Shown: positions 27,041 through 37,062 of the stretch, one piece after another
Layout: each line of letters opens with the position of its first letter
Position numbering within the stretch: the first letter of the stretch is position 1
Made by a program: the position numbers and the translations under genes
Notes under the pieces: generated by a model
What the model was told of the DNA's origin: nothing
The model's database searches: none
The model's input: the letters and a program-made list of their open reading frames with translations, nothing else
NCBI GenBank assembly: GCA_031409335.1
Contig: JANNWY010000318.1
Location: forward strand, 1 to 39,265
Length of the DNA: 39,265 nucleotides
Source of the DNA: Chthoniobacteraceae bacterium
GTDB lineage: Bacteria > Verrucomicrobiota > Verrucomicrobiia > Chthoniobacterales > Chthoniobacteraceae
Direction: 5' to 3'

Positions 27041-28546
27041 ATGAAATCGCGCGGCGGGTGGATCGACGCGGCGATCGTGCTGCTCGCGTTCGCGCTGCGG
27101 GCCGCGTGGATCGAATTGCGACCGGTCCACTTCGATGAAGGTGTGAACGGCTGGTTCGCTGACCAGATGACGCGCACCGGATTCTTCCACTACGATCCGG
27201 GAAATTTTCACGGCCCGCTGCACTTTTACGCGCTATTCGTTTCGCTCACTCTTTTCGGGCGGGAAGTGTGGGCGCTGCGGCTCCCGGTCGTGATCGTGAG
27301 CACGCTGTGTGTCGTCGCGATGCTCGCCTTCCGCCGCTACCTCCCGGCGCGTGCCTGCCGCATCGCCGCGCTCGCGATGGCGGTCTCGCCGGGGTGCGTT
27401 TTTTACGGGCGCTACTCGATCCATGAATCGTGGCTGCTGCTCTTCATGCTCGTCGCCGTATGGGGGCTCGCCGGGCTGTGGCGCGATGGCGGACGCGATC
27501 CGACGTGGGCCGCCGCGCTGGGTTTGACGGGGATGATTTTGACGAAGGAAACCTACGCGCTTCACTTCGTCGCGTTCGCACTGGCGGTGCCGGTGTTGCG
27601 GGCTTGGGAATGGCGCTCACCGGTTGTCCGGTCAGGATTCGCAAAATGGAAATGGATGAACCGCGATGTCGATCGCGCGCTGATCGTTTCCGTCCTGCTG
27701 ATTTTCGTTTTCTACACCGGCGCGCTGCTCGACTGGTCGTCGCTGTCGGGACTCGTGCTCACCTTCACGCAGTGGCTGCGCACCGGCACTGGCGGTGAAA
27801 GCGGGCACGAGAAGAACTGGCACTATTTCCTGGAACTCATCGCGCGCTACGAATGGCCCGCGCTGCTCGGGCTCGCCGCAGTCGCCGGGCTGGCGATCAA
27901 GGGCACAGGCCCCTTCACGCGGTATCTGGGAATCTGCGGCTGCGGCGCGCTCACGGCTTACAGCCTCATCGCTTACAAGACGCCGTGGTGTGTGATCGTG
28001 CTGCTGTGGCCGTTTCATTTTCTCTTCGGAATGGCCGTGCATCATCTGCTCGACCGCCTCGACCGATGGACGACCGGCGCGCTGACGGCGCTCGTTCTCG
28101 GCTACTCGCTTGCCGCGTCGTGGAAGTTGAATTTTCACGACTTCACCGACGAAGACGAACCCTACGTGTATGTGCAAACGCTGCCCGACATCGCAAAACT
28201 GCTCGATCCGCTGCGCGCGCTCACCGCGCGCGATTCGCGAAACTATTTCGTCACCGGCAACATCGTGACCGTCGATCATCACCCCTTCACATGGCTGCTC
28301 GGCGACTATCCAAATGTGCAGACGTTCGCGCTGGATGAGGAGCCCGCGGTTTGGGACGGCGCATTCCTGCTCATCGACGAAGCCGAGGCGGAGCGCGCCG
28401 AGGAATCGCTGACGCAGAACTACTTCAAGGAAACCATCCGCCCGCGCGGCAGCGCCAGCGAGTCGAATGTGCTCTATCTCAACACCGCGCAATTCGGCTT
28501 CCATTTCCCCGGACGCGAACCCGATTTCGTCCCGACGATCCGATGA
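27041..28546 (+). CDS. GT-C fold membrane glycosyltransferase (TIGR03663/PMT-like)
   Basis: Motifs RPVHFDEGVN, YDPGNFHGPL, LTKET and YKTPW; many transmembrane segments. Start ATG 27041. Confidence 0.82.
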   Translation: MKSRGGWIDAAIVLLAFALRAAWIELRPVHFDEGVNGWFADQMTRTGFFHYDPGNFHGPLHFYALFVSLTLFGREVWALRLPVVIVSTLCVVAMLAFRRYLPARACRIAALAMAVSPGCVFYGRYSIHESWLLLFMLVAVWGLAGLWRDGGRDPTWAAALGLTGMILTKETYALHFVAFALAVPVLRAWEWRSPVVRSGFAKWKWMNRDVDRALIVSVLLIFVFYTGALLDWSSLSGLVLTFTQWLRTGTGGESGHEKNWHYFLELIARYEWPALLGLAAVAGLAIKGTGPFTRYLGICGCGALTAYSLIAYKTPWCVIVLLWPFHFLFGMAVHHLLDRLDRWTTGALTALVLGYSLAASWKLNFHDFTDEDEPYVYVQTLPDIAKLLDPLRALTARDSRNYFVTGNIVTVDHHPFTWLLGDYPNVQTFALDEEPAVWDGAFLLIDEAEAERAEESLTQNYFKETIRPRGSASESNVLYLNTAQFGFHFPGREPDFVPTIR

Positions 28547-30276
28547 AAGCCATCGCTGCAATTCTCTATGCAGTCAGCGCATCCGTGCTGCTCGGCATCG
28601 CCTTCGGCTTCGCGGGAAACGGACTCAGCCCGCGCCTCGCCGCATGGGCGCTCGCGGGCGGCGCGGTCATCGGTATTTCGTCGCTCGTGGGAAGGCGCTG
28701 CGCACCGTCCCGATGGAGAGCGCTCACCGGAATCGAATGGGCCGTCATCGTCCTCTTCACGTTGTTTTCGCTCCGCACATTTCTGTGGCTCATCTTCGTG
28801 GACGGAGATGCCATCAAGGTGCTTTCGCCAAACAATCTCGGCGACCTTTCGCTGCACCTCACCTACATCCGCCATCTCGCAAACGGCGCGCCGTTTTGGC
28901 CGGACAACCCGATTTTCGCAGGCGGAAAACTCACCTACCCGATCGGCATCGATCTCTTCAACAGCCTGCTCTCGCTCGTCGGCGCCGATGATTTTCGCAG
29001 CCTCATCTGGGTCGGCCTCGGCGGCTGCGCCTGCACCGGTGTCGCGCTTTGGAAATGGGGCGGCGCATTTACGATGGCGGGCTTTCTTTGCAATGGCGGC
29101 GTCGCCGGATTCGCGATCCTCCGCGAACAAACATTCCTCGATTTCCAAAGCGAACTCGCATGGAAAAGCCTGCCACTCGCGCTCTTCGCCACGCAGCGCG
29201 GCTTGCTCTTCGCGCTGCCCGCCGGGCTGCTGCTGCTGTGCAGTTGGCGCACGCGTTTTTGCGGGCGCGATGAGTCCGCGTGGCACCTCCCGCGCTGGGG
29301 CGAAGTGCTGCTCTACGCGAGCCTCCCCGTGTTCCACCTTCACACTTTCCTCTTCCTCTCGATCGTGCTCGCTGCGTGGTTCTTCGCGGTCCCGGCCGCG
29401 CGATGCTCGCTTGCCGCGATCGTCGGTGCAGCCTTCGTCCCCGCGACTTTGCTCGTGCTCCTGGTCACGGGCTTTTTCAAAGGCGCATCCATCCTGGGTT
29501 GGAAGCCCGGCTGGATGCAGGACGATGAAAATTTCCTCGTCTTTTGGTTTCTGAATTTCGGCTTTCTTCCCGCGTTCATTGGCGTGTTCGTGTGGCGATA
29601 TTGGCAGGATCGAAACCGGACTTGGGCGCGCGCGCTCATCTTCACTGCGCTCGGCGTTTTTCTGCTTTGCTGTTTTGTAAAATTCGCGCCGTGGGAGTGG
29701 GACAACACCAAGCTGATGCTCTGGTCGTATCTCGTCGTGCTGCCATTTTTGTGGTCGGACTTGATAGGGCGCTGGCCGTGGATGCTGCGCGCGCCAGCGT
29801 GCGTGCTGCTCTTTTTCTCGGGCTTCGTCTCGCTCATCGGCGGGCTCGATTCCACGCACACCGGGTTCGAGATTGCGCGCCGTTCGGAACTCGCCGGCGT
29901 CGCCAGCGCCGTCCGCGATATTCCGATCGGCGCGCGTTTCGCCGCCTGGCCGACCTACAATCATCCGCTGCTGCTGCTCGGGCGAAAAGTGGCGCTCGGC
30001 TACACCGGCCACGCGTGGAGCCACGGGCTCGATTGGGAGCCGACTGGAAAGAAGATCGAAAGCATCCTGCACGGCGATCCAGAGTGGCGCGTGCTTTGCG
30101 AGGAATTGGGTGTGCATTACCTCATCTGGACGGCGGCGGAGTCGCAAAATGTCCCCGACTCGCCCCAGCCGTGGCGCGAAAGTGCGCGGCTCATCGCGCA
30201 CGGCGACTGGGGCGCGCTCTACGATCTCACGGCACCGCCAGCCGCACCGGCTCCCGCGCTGCGGCGTGCTCCGTAG
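28543..30276 (+). CDS. Polytopic membrane protein, probable GT-C glycosyltransferase
   Basis: GDLSLHL...FWPDNPIFAG.KLTYP loop after early TM helices, TQR motif, WEWDNTK and a soluble C-terminal domain; ATGA overlap with the upstream gene. Confidence 0.72.
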   Translation: MKAIAAILYAVSASVLLGIAFGFAGNGLSPRLAAWALAGGAVIGISSLVGRRCAPSRWRALTGIEWAVIVLFTLFSLRTFLWLIFVDGDAIKVLSPNNLGDLSLHLTYIRHLANGAPFWPDNPIFAGGKLTYPIGIDLFNSLLSLVGADDFRSLIWVGLGGCACTGVALWKWGGAFTMAGFLCNGGVAGFAILREQTFLDFQSELAWKSLPLALFATQRGLLFALPAGLLLLCSWRTRFCGRDESAWHLPRWGEVLLYASLPVFHLHTFLFLSIVLAAWFFAVPAARCSLAAIVGAAFVPATLLVLLVTGFFKGASILGWKPGWMQDDENFLVFWFLNFGFLPAFIGVFVWRYWQDRNRTWARALIFTALGVFLLCCFVKFAPWEWDNTKLMLWSYLVVLPFLWSDLIGRWPWMLRAPACVLLFFSGFVSLIGGLDSTHTGFEIARRSELAGVASAVRDIPIGARFAAWPTYNHPLLLLGRKVALGYTGHAWSHGLDWEPTGKKIESILHGDPEWRVLCEELGVHYLIWTAAESQNVPDSPQPWRESARLIAHGDWGALYDLTAPPAAPAPALRRAP

Positions 30277-30991
30277 TAAATCGCGTCCGCACTCCCGCCA
30301 CCGCGATCCTCATCCCGATCGACAGCGTGCGCCGCCACGAAACACGCCCAACCTTTTGCTCGCCTGCGATCCGGGCTCGCTCGCGCACGGGGATCTCCAC
30401 GATCTTCGCGCCGAGCAGCACCGCGCGGATTTGCGCTTCGATCGTCCACCCGTAGGTCCACTCCCGCAGAGCCATCGCGTGAAAAAGATCGAACTCGATC
30501 AGTCGCAACGGGCCGAGATCGGTGAAGAATCTCCCGGTGAGCAGCCCGACGAGAAATCCGTAAACCCGATTCGCGACGACGTAGTGCGCGTTCATCGCGG
30601 TCCAGTTCGCCCGCTCCGTGGTGCGGCTGCCGAGCACCATTTCCGCGCCGCGATCGTGCTCCGCGACGAGCGCGAGGATGTCGCGCGGATCGTTCGCGCC
30701 ATCCGCCGCGCAGAAAATAAACGCGTCCACCGCGAGCCCGCGGCGCACGATTTCATCCACCGCCGCCTGGCAGCCGTGCCCGTATCCACGCGCCGCCGTC
30801 TCGGCCACGATCGCACCGTTTTCACGAGCGATGGACGCCGTCCGATCGCGCGAATCATTCACCCCGACCGCAAACACGAATCGCTCCGGATCAAGCACAG
30901 CGCGCATTTCCTCGAGCACCGCCGCGATGCACGGCTCCTCGTCGCACGCGGGCATGATGACGGCATAGCGCCGCTTGTCGGATTGGTTCAT
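30227..30991 (-). CDS. GT2 family glycosyltransferase
   Basis: Motifs VIMPACDEE, RGYGHGC, VLGSR, TDLGPLR and YGWTIE. Start re-placed at ATG 30991; 50-bp convergent overlap with the preceding gene. Confidence 0.85.
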   Translation of the reverse strand: MNQSDKRRYAVIMPACDEEPCIAAVLEEMRAVLDPERFVFAVGVNDSRDRTASIARENGAIVAETAARGYGHGCQAAVDEIVRRGLAVDAFIFCAADGANDPRDILALVAEHDRGAEMVLGSRTTERANWTAMNAHYVVANRVYGFLVGLLTGRFFTDLGPLRLIEFDLFHAMALREWTYGWTIEAQIRAVLLGAKIVEIPVRERARIAGEQKVGRVSWRRTLSIGMRIAVAGVRTRFTTEHAAAREPVRLAVP

Positions 30992-31050
30992 GTGTCGGAA
31001 AAGTCCAGCTAAGAGTGGCTGGCGCAAAACATATTCCCACGCGAACGGGC

Positions 31051-31084
31051 GATGGCGTTCCCTGTCGCGCGCGGGAACACCGTC
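31051..31084 (-). terminator. Hairpin immediately after the sulfatase stop (possible terminator or stabiliser)
   Basis: GATGGCGTTCCC...GGGAACACCGTC imperfect 12-bp inverted repeat; no clear U-tract. Confidence 0.3.
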
Positions 31085-32654
31085 ACTTCACCGACATCGC
31101 CGCCACTGCTTCCGCCGTCGTTTTTACTCCCAAAGCCTTTTTATCCTTCGCAGCTCCGTCCACACCCCCGGGCGGGAATATTTCCGCATACTGATCGTCA
31201 TCGCGGAACTCCTTCCGCAGCCGCGCCAGCTCCGCCTTCATCTCCGCGAGTCGCGCCACTTCCTTTTCATCGCCAGCGATGTTCCGCAGCTCGGTCGGAT
31301 CGCTCGTGAGATCGAACATCTCCCACGCATCCTTTTTCCAAAAGTAGATCAGCTTGTGCGTCGCCGTCCGCACGCCGTAGTGCGCGCGCGTGTTGTGATC
31401 GCCCGGATCGTGGTAGTAGCGGTAATACATCGACCCGCGCCAATCCGCCGGCGATTCGCCGCGCAGCAGCGGCAGCAGCGAACGGCCCTGCATGTCCCCG
31501 GGAGTCGGCAGTCCCGCGAGTTCGAGGAAGGTCGGCGCAAAATCATTGTTCAGCGCAAACAAGTCCGACACCGCGCCCGCTTTCATCCCCGGCCCGCTCA
31601 CGAGCAGTGGCACGCGCAGGCTCGGCTCATACATAAAACGCTTGTCGTACATCCCGTTGTCGCCGAGGAAAAATCCATTGTCCGCCGTGTAGAAAACCGC
31701 CGTGTTCTTTGCCATGCCGGTCTTCTCCAAGTAATCCAGCACGCGCCCGATGTTATCATCCACGCCCTGCACGCACGCCAGATAGTCCTGCATGTAACGC
31801 TGATATTTCCAACGCACGAGCGACTCCCCGGTCAGCGTGCTTTTCGAGCCGTCCTCCATCGCAATCTCAACCTCGGTCGGCCTCACATTCAGCCATTTGT
31901 TTCGCTCCGGCTGCGTCAGTTCGGATGGCGGCACCAGCTTCAGATCGCGCCGCGTCAGATCCTTCGCGATCGTTTGTTCATTCTCTGGCAGCGCCGCCGG
32001 CCGCGTTTTGTAGTCGTCGAAAAGCGAGGCCGGTTCCGGGATCGTCCGCTTCGCGAAAAGCGCGCGGTTTTTCTCATCCGGCTCCCACAGCCTGTGCGGT
32101 GCCTTGTGATGCAGCATCAGGAAAAACGGCTTCTCCTTTGGCCGCTTCTCCAGCCACTCCACACCGAGATCCGTGATCACATCCGTCGCGTAGCCTTTCA
32201 CCTTCAGCCGACCGGACGCCGTCAGGAATTCCGGATCACGATACGCGCCCTGACCCGGTAGCACGATCCACTGGTCAAAGCCGGTCGGATCGCTGCCGAG
32301 ATGCCATTTCCCGATCATCCCGGTGTGGTAGCCCGCCGCCTGCAGCAGCTTCGCTACAGTCGCCTGCGAGCCATCGAAGCGATTGAAAACCGGCGTCCCA
32401 TTGCGGTGCGAATACTTCCCGGTCAGGATCGTCGCGCGGCTTGGCGTGCAGATCGAATTGGTCACAAACGCATTTGAAAAGCGCACGCCATCCTTCGCGA
32501 TGCGATCCATGTGCGGCGTCACGTTCACCTTCGATCCGTAGCAGGAGAGCGCGTGCGCCGCGTGATCGTCCGTCATGATGAACAGAATATTCGGACGCTC
32601 GGCGGCGCGCGAGATTGAGGCGACGAGCAGGAGGAAAATGACTGGAAAACGCAT
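31083..32654 (-). CDS. Secreted Cys-type (formylglycine) sulfatase
   Basis: Motifs PNILFIMTDDH, CTPSRATILTG, IGKWHLG, HHKAPH and DKRFMYEPSLRVP; signal peptide from ATG 32654. Confidence 0.95.
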   Translation of the reverse strand: MRFPVIFLLLVASISRAAERPNILFIMTDDHAAHALSCYGSKVNVTPHMDRIAKDGVRFSNAFVTNSICTPSRATILTGKYSHRNGTPVFNRFDGSQATVAKLLQAAGYHTGMIGKWHLGSDPTGFDQWIVLPGQGAYRDPEFLTASGRLKVKGYATDVITDLGVEWLEKRPKEKPFFLMLHHKAPHRLWEPDEKNRALFAKRTIPEPASLFDDYKTRPAALPENEQTIAKDLTRRDLKLVPPSELTQPERNKWLNVRPTEVEIAMEDGSKSTLTGESLVRWKYQRYMQDYLACVQGVDDNIGRVLDYLEKTGMAKNTAVFYTADNGFFLGDNGMYDKRFMYEPSLRVPLLVSGPGMKAGAVSDLFALNNDFAPTFLELAGLPTPGDMQGRSLLPLLRGESPADWRGSMYYRYYHDPGDHNTRAHYGVRTATHKLIYFWKKDAWEMFDLTSDPTELRNIAGDEKEVARLAEMKAELARLRKEFRDDDQYAEIFPPGGVDGAAKDKKALGVKTTAEAVAAMSVK

Positions 32655-32729
32655 GGCCGGGAGCTTGGGCGAATTCCGCGCGGACGCCAAGCGCCGCGTT
32701 ACCCGTGCGGCAGGAACCGTGGCCGAGGC

Positions 32730-32918
32730 TCAGCGCGCGGCGGCGTCGGTCCCGTCTTTTTTCTGCTCGACCTTGTTTCCGTAGAGCTTCGAGATCGTCT
32801 CGTATTCCTTCTTGGCATTCTTGGAAAAATTCTCCGGCCCATGCTCGAAAAGCACAGTGAATGCGAACGTGGACGCAACGAAAACGGCGAACCAAAAAAG
32901 TGAGCGGATAAGTCCCAT
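32730..32918 (-). CDS. Small hypothetical membrane protein (62 aa)
   Basis: One N-terminal hydrophobic helix followed by FEHGP and a charged tail; co-oriented with neighbours and fills the gap between them. Confidence 0.7.
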   Translation of the reverse strand: MGLIRSLFWFAVFVASTFAFTVLFEHGPENFSKNAKKEYETISKLYGNKVEQKKDGTDAAAR

Positions 32919-32939
32919 ACAGTAGAATCTTTGGAGTCG

Positions 32940-33674
32940 TTATCGCATATCCCGCGCCACGGCAATCGGCTTTTCTTCCCCAGCCTGGCGCTGCGCCGTC
33001 CGCTGGATCCAGCCGTGCAGATGGGTGAAGGAATAGACGATCAGGTAGCACACGAGTGAAAACGCGAAGAACGTGACGGAAAACGCGAGTGGCTGCGGGT
33101 TGTTCCACGGGTTTGCCACGCGGGCCGCGTTGCGCAGCGTGTCGATCGGATCGGTGAAGGCATCCCACGAGTTCCAGCGAAGGAAGCGCCCGAGGTAAAT
33201 GCCGAACGCGCTCAACCCCAGCATCACCAGCGCAAACAGCCAGCCGAACCAGCGGCCCAGCCACGCGCGCACCACTTCCTGCATCAGGTAAAGCGAAAGG
33301 TACCCGACAAAAAGCCCGGTCTGCGCAAAAGCCATGATACAAATCAAGTCATACCAGTAAGGCACCGGTGGACGCTCTTTCAAATGCACGAGATCCGTCA
33401 CGATGTATGGCGCATTTGGAAAAAACAGGAACCACACCACTCCGATCGCCAGCATCAGGAACCAGCGCCGACCTCCCCGCGCAGCCAGGGCATAGACCGC
33501 CAGCGCCATCACCAATGGCACCCAAGCCAGAAACAAGTTCCAAAAGAAAACCCCCACCAACTTCTCGGAATACTCGGCGCGAAAAATCACAAAACCGCAA
33601 CTCAGCACCGAAGCCAGCACGAGCGCGAGGACCGCCGCCCAAGTCTGCCGCACCGAAATCAGCCGTTCTTTCAT
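32940..33674 (-). CDS. DUF1361 membrane protein
   Basis: Motifs WNLFLAWVP, FFPNAPYIVTDLVHL and GIYLGRFLRWNSWD. Start ATG 33674. Confidence 0.92.
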   Translation of the reverse strand: MKERLISVRQTWAAVLALVLASVLSCGFVIFRAEYSEKLVGVFFWNLFLAWVPLVMALAVYALAARGGRRWFLMLAIGVVWFLFFPNAPYIVTDLVHLKERPPVPYWYDLICIMAFAQTGLFVGYLSLYLMQEVVRAWLGRWFGWLFALVMLGLSAFGIYLGRFLRWNSWDAFTDPIDTLRNAARVANPWNNPQPLAFSVTFFAFSLVCYLIVYSFTHLHGWIQRTAQRQAGEEKPIAVARDMR

Positions 33675-34144
33675 GGCGCAGGCTTTTCCTCCGGCGGCTC
33701 GGCGTCCTCCGGCAGCGGATCCACGAGATCCGCGTTGATCACTTCCGTGTCGAATATCTTCCAAGTTTCCCCGTCCTTCCTCAGCACATGCACGCCCACC
33801 AACCGTGATCGCGGCTCGCTGACGCCATCCTTTTTCCGCTCGGTGATTTGCTCGAAACGCACGCGCACATCGCCTTTCCGCATACCGAGGACTTCGAGCG
33901 CGGTCAGCTCGCATTTCAGATCAAACTCCTTCACCAACTCCGCGACCGAAGTCCGTGACGGCGCAAACGCCGGGCTTTGCGGATGGATCGTCGCCATCAT
34001 TTCCTCCACTTTTTCCTCCTGCAAAAGCTGCACATTCCGGCGCACCGTCTCCAGCACCGCATCGCGATCCGCCTTTGGCACGCGATTGCACCCCGCGGCG
34101 ACTATCGCGACGCACAGCAGCACATGGATCGTTCGTAATGTCAT
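33671..34144 (-). CDS. Lipoprotein with an NTF2/SnoaL-like domain
   Basis: Lipobox AAGC; C-terminal VLRKDGETWKI strand typical of NTF2-like folds; ATGA overlap with DUF1361. Confidence 0.72.
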   Translation of the reverse strand: MTLRTIHVLLCVAIVAAGCNRVPKADRDAVLETVRRNVQLLQEEKVEEMMATIHPQSPAFAPSRTSVAELVKEFDLKCELTALEVLGMRKGDVRVRFEQITERKKDGVSEPRSRLVGVHVLRKDGETWKIFDTEVINADLVDPLPEDAEPPEEKPAP

Positions 34145-34304
34145 TCAGCGTCGGGCGGGCAATTCGACACGTGGGCTGCAAATTCGTTCATGCAGCTCGG
34201 GACGCGGCCTGGAAAACAGAAAGCGAGGGCTTCGGGTCTTTTGCGGTTTTCCGTCGAAATCCGTTTCAATCTCGGCGCGTTTCGGACCATAGGGACGCCA
34301 GCCA

Positions 34305-34889
34305 ATGCAAGATGCCTTCGCCCTTCTCAATCTACCCCGCCGGCCATGGCTCGATGCCGGAGAGTTGCGGGATGAATTTCATCGCCAAAGCGCGGCAACG
34401 CATCCCGACGCGGGAGGCGACTCGGACGAATTTGCGCAACTCAATGCCGCCCACCAGACGCTCCGCGAACCCGCCGCGCGGTTGCGCCACCTGCTCGAAT
34501 TGGAAGCCCCGCGCCTGCTCGCGCAATCGCAACAAATCCCACCGTCGCTTGTCGAGCGCTTCATGCGCGTCGCCGCCGCGCGCCAGGCCTGCGCCGCATT
34601 CCTCGCCAAACACCGCGCCGCCTCTTCCCCCCTCGCCCGCGCGCTGCTCGCCACCGCGCACACCGCGCAAACGCACACTCTCGACACCGCCCTCGCCGAC
34701 CTCGAAGCCGCGCAAACCGACGCCCTCGCGCAACTCCGCGCACTCGACGCCGCCTGGCAATCCCATCTCCCAAAACTCGCCACCCTCCAAGCCGAGCTTT
34801 CCTACCTGGAAAAATGGACCGCCCAACTGCGCGAATCGCAACTCGAACTCACGCTCGCGTCCGCTCCAAATCTGAAATCTGAAATCTGA
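34305..34889 (+). CDS. hscB: HscB-like J-domain co-chaperone
   Basis: HPD motif, LNAAHQTLREPAARLRHLLEL and a helical C-terminal domain ending LSYLEKW; directly upstream of an Hsp70. Confidence 0.75.
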   Translation: MQDAFALLNLPRRPWLDAGELRDEFHRQSAATHPDAGGDSDEFAQLNAAHQTLREPAARLRHLLELEAPRLLAQSQQIPPSLVERFMRVAAARQACAAFLAKHRAASSPLARALLATAHTAQTHTLDTALADLEAAQTDALAQLRALDAAWQSHLPKLATLQAELSYLEKWTAQLRESQLELTLASAPNLKSEI

Positions 34890-34895
34890 AATCTC
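34868..34895. repeat. Heptamer tandem repeat (AAATCTG) x3 + AAATCTC
   Basis: Read directly; contains the hscB-like stop TGA at 34887-34889. Confidence 0.92.
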
Positions 34896-34905
34896 AAATT
34901 CTGCC

Positions 34906-36582
<1,677 letters not shown>

Positions 36583-36635
36583 CGCGCTCCGTTTCAACAC
36601 TTGCGAGCGCCATGCACGACTGCCATCGTCCGCGC

Positions 36636-36968
36636 GTGAATTCTCTCCGGTATCTCGTCCTGCTCGCCGTCCTCGCCCTAACCGCTGGCTGCGTCACGCC
36701 GCTCGGACGCTCCAAAATTCCCCATCACTATCGGAAAATCACCGTCACCGACTACCACGGCAGCCTCGTCGCGGAATGGGTCGCAGAGGGCAAGGTTTCG
36801 CGGCGCGGTGATGGCTACAGATTTACCGCCGTGCAACGCACGAGTTCGCCGCCGTTCGTCACCACGTCGCATTTTCCGCAGGGCCGGAAAATCGCGATCA
36901 CCGGCCCGCACATCACCGTCGCCCCGTGTGGAAAACCCGACTGGCTCTACGAGCTGGACGGATTCTAA
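36636..36968 (+). CDS. Hypothetical lipoprotein
   Basis: GTG 36636 (or ATG 36612); hydrophobic stretch ending in lipobox LTAGC. Confidence 0.75.
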   Translation: MNSLRYLVLLAVLALTAGCVTPLGRSKIPHHYRKITVTDYHGSLVAEWVAEGKVSRRGDGYRFTAVQRTSSPPFVTTSHFPQGRKIAITGPHITVAPCGKPDWLYELDGF

Positions 36969-36973
36969 ATCAA

Positions 36974-37055
36974 CTCCTGCTCCTGATCTTGATCCGTGAT
37001 CTTAATCTTGATCCCGACTGAAGATCAGGATCAAGAGCAAGATCAGGAATAGATC
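36974..37055. repeat. Inverted degenerate hexamer repeats between convergent genes (possible bidirectional terminator)
   Basis: Left CTCCTGCTCCTGATCTTGATCCGTGATCTTAATCTTGATCC; right AAGATCAGGATCAAGAGCAAGATCAGGAATAGATC. Confidence 0.8.
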
Positions 37056-37062
37056 GCTGCGA

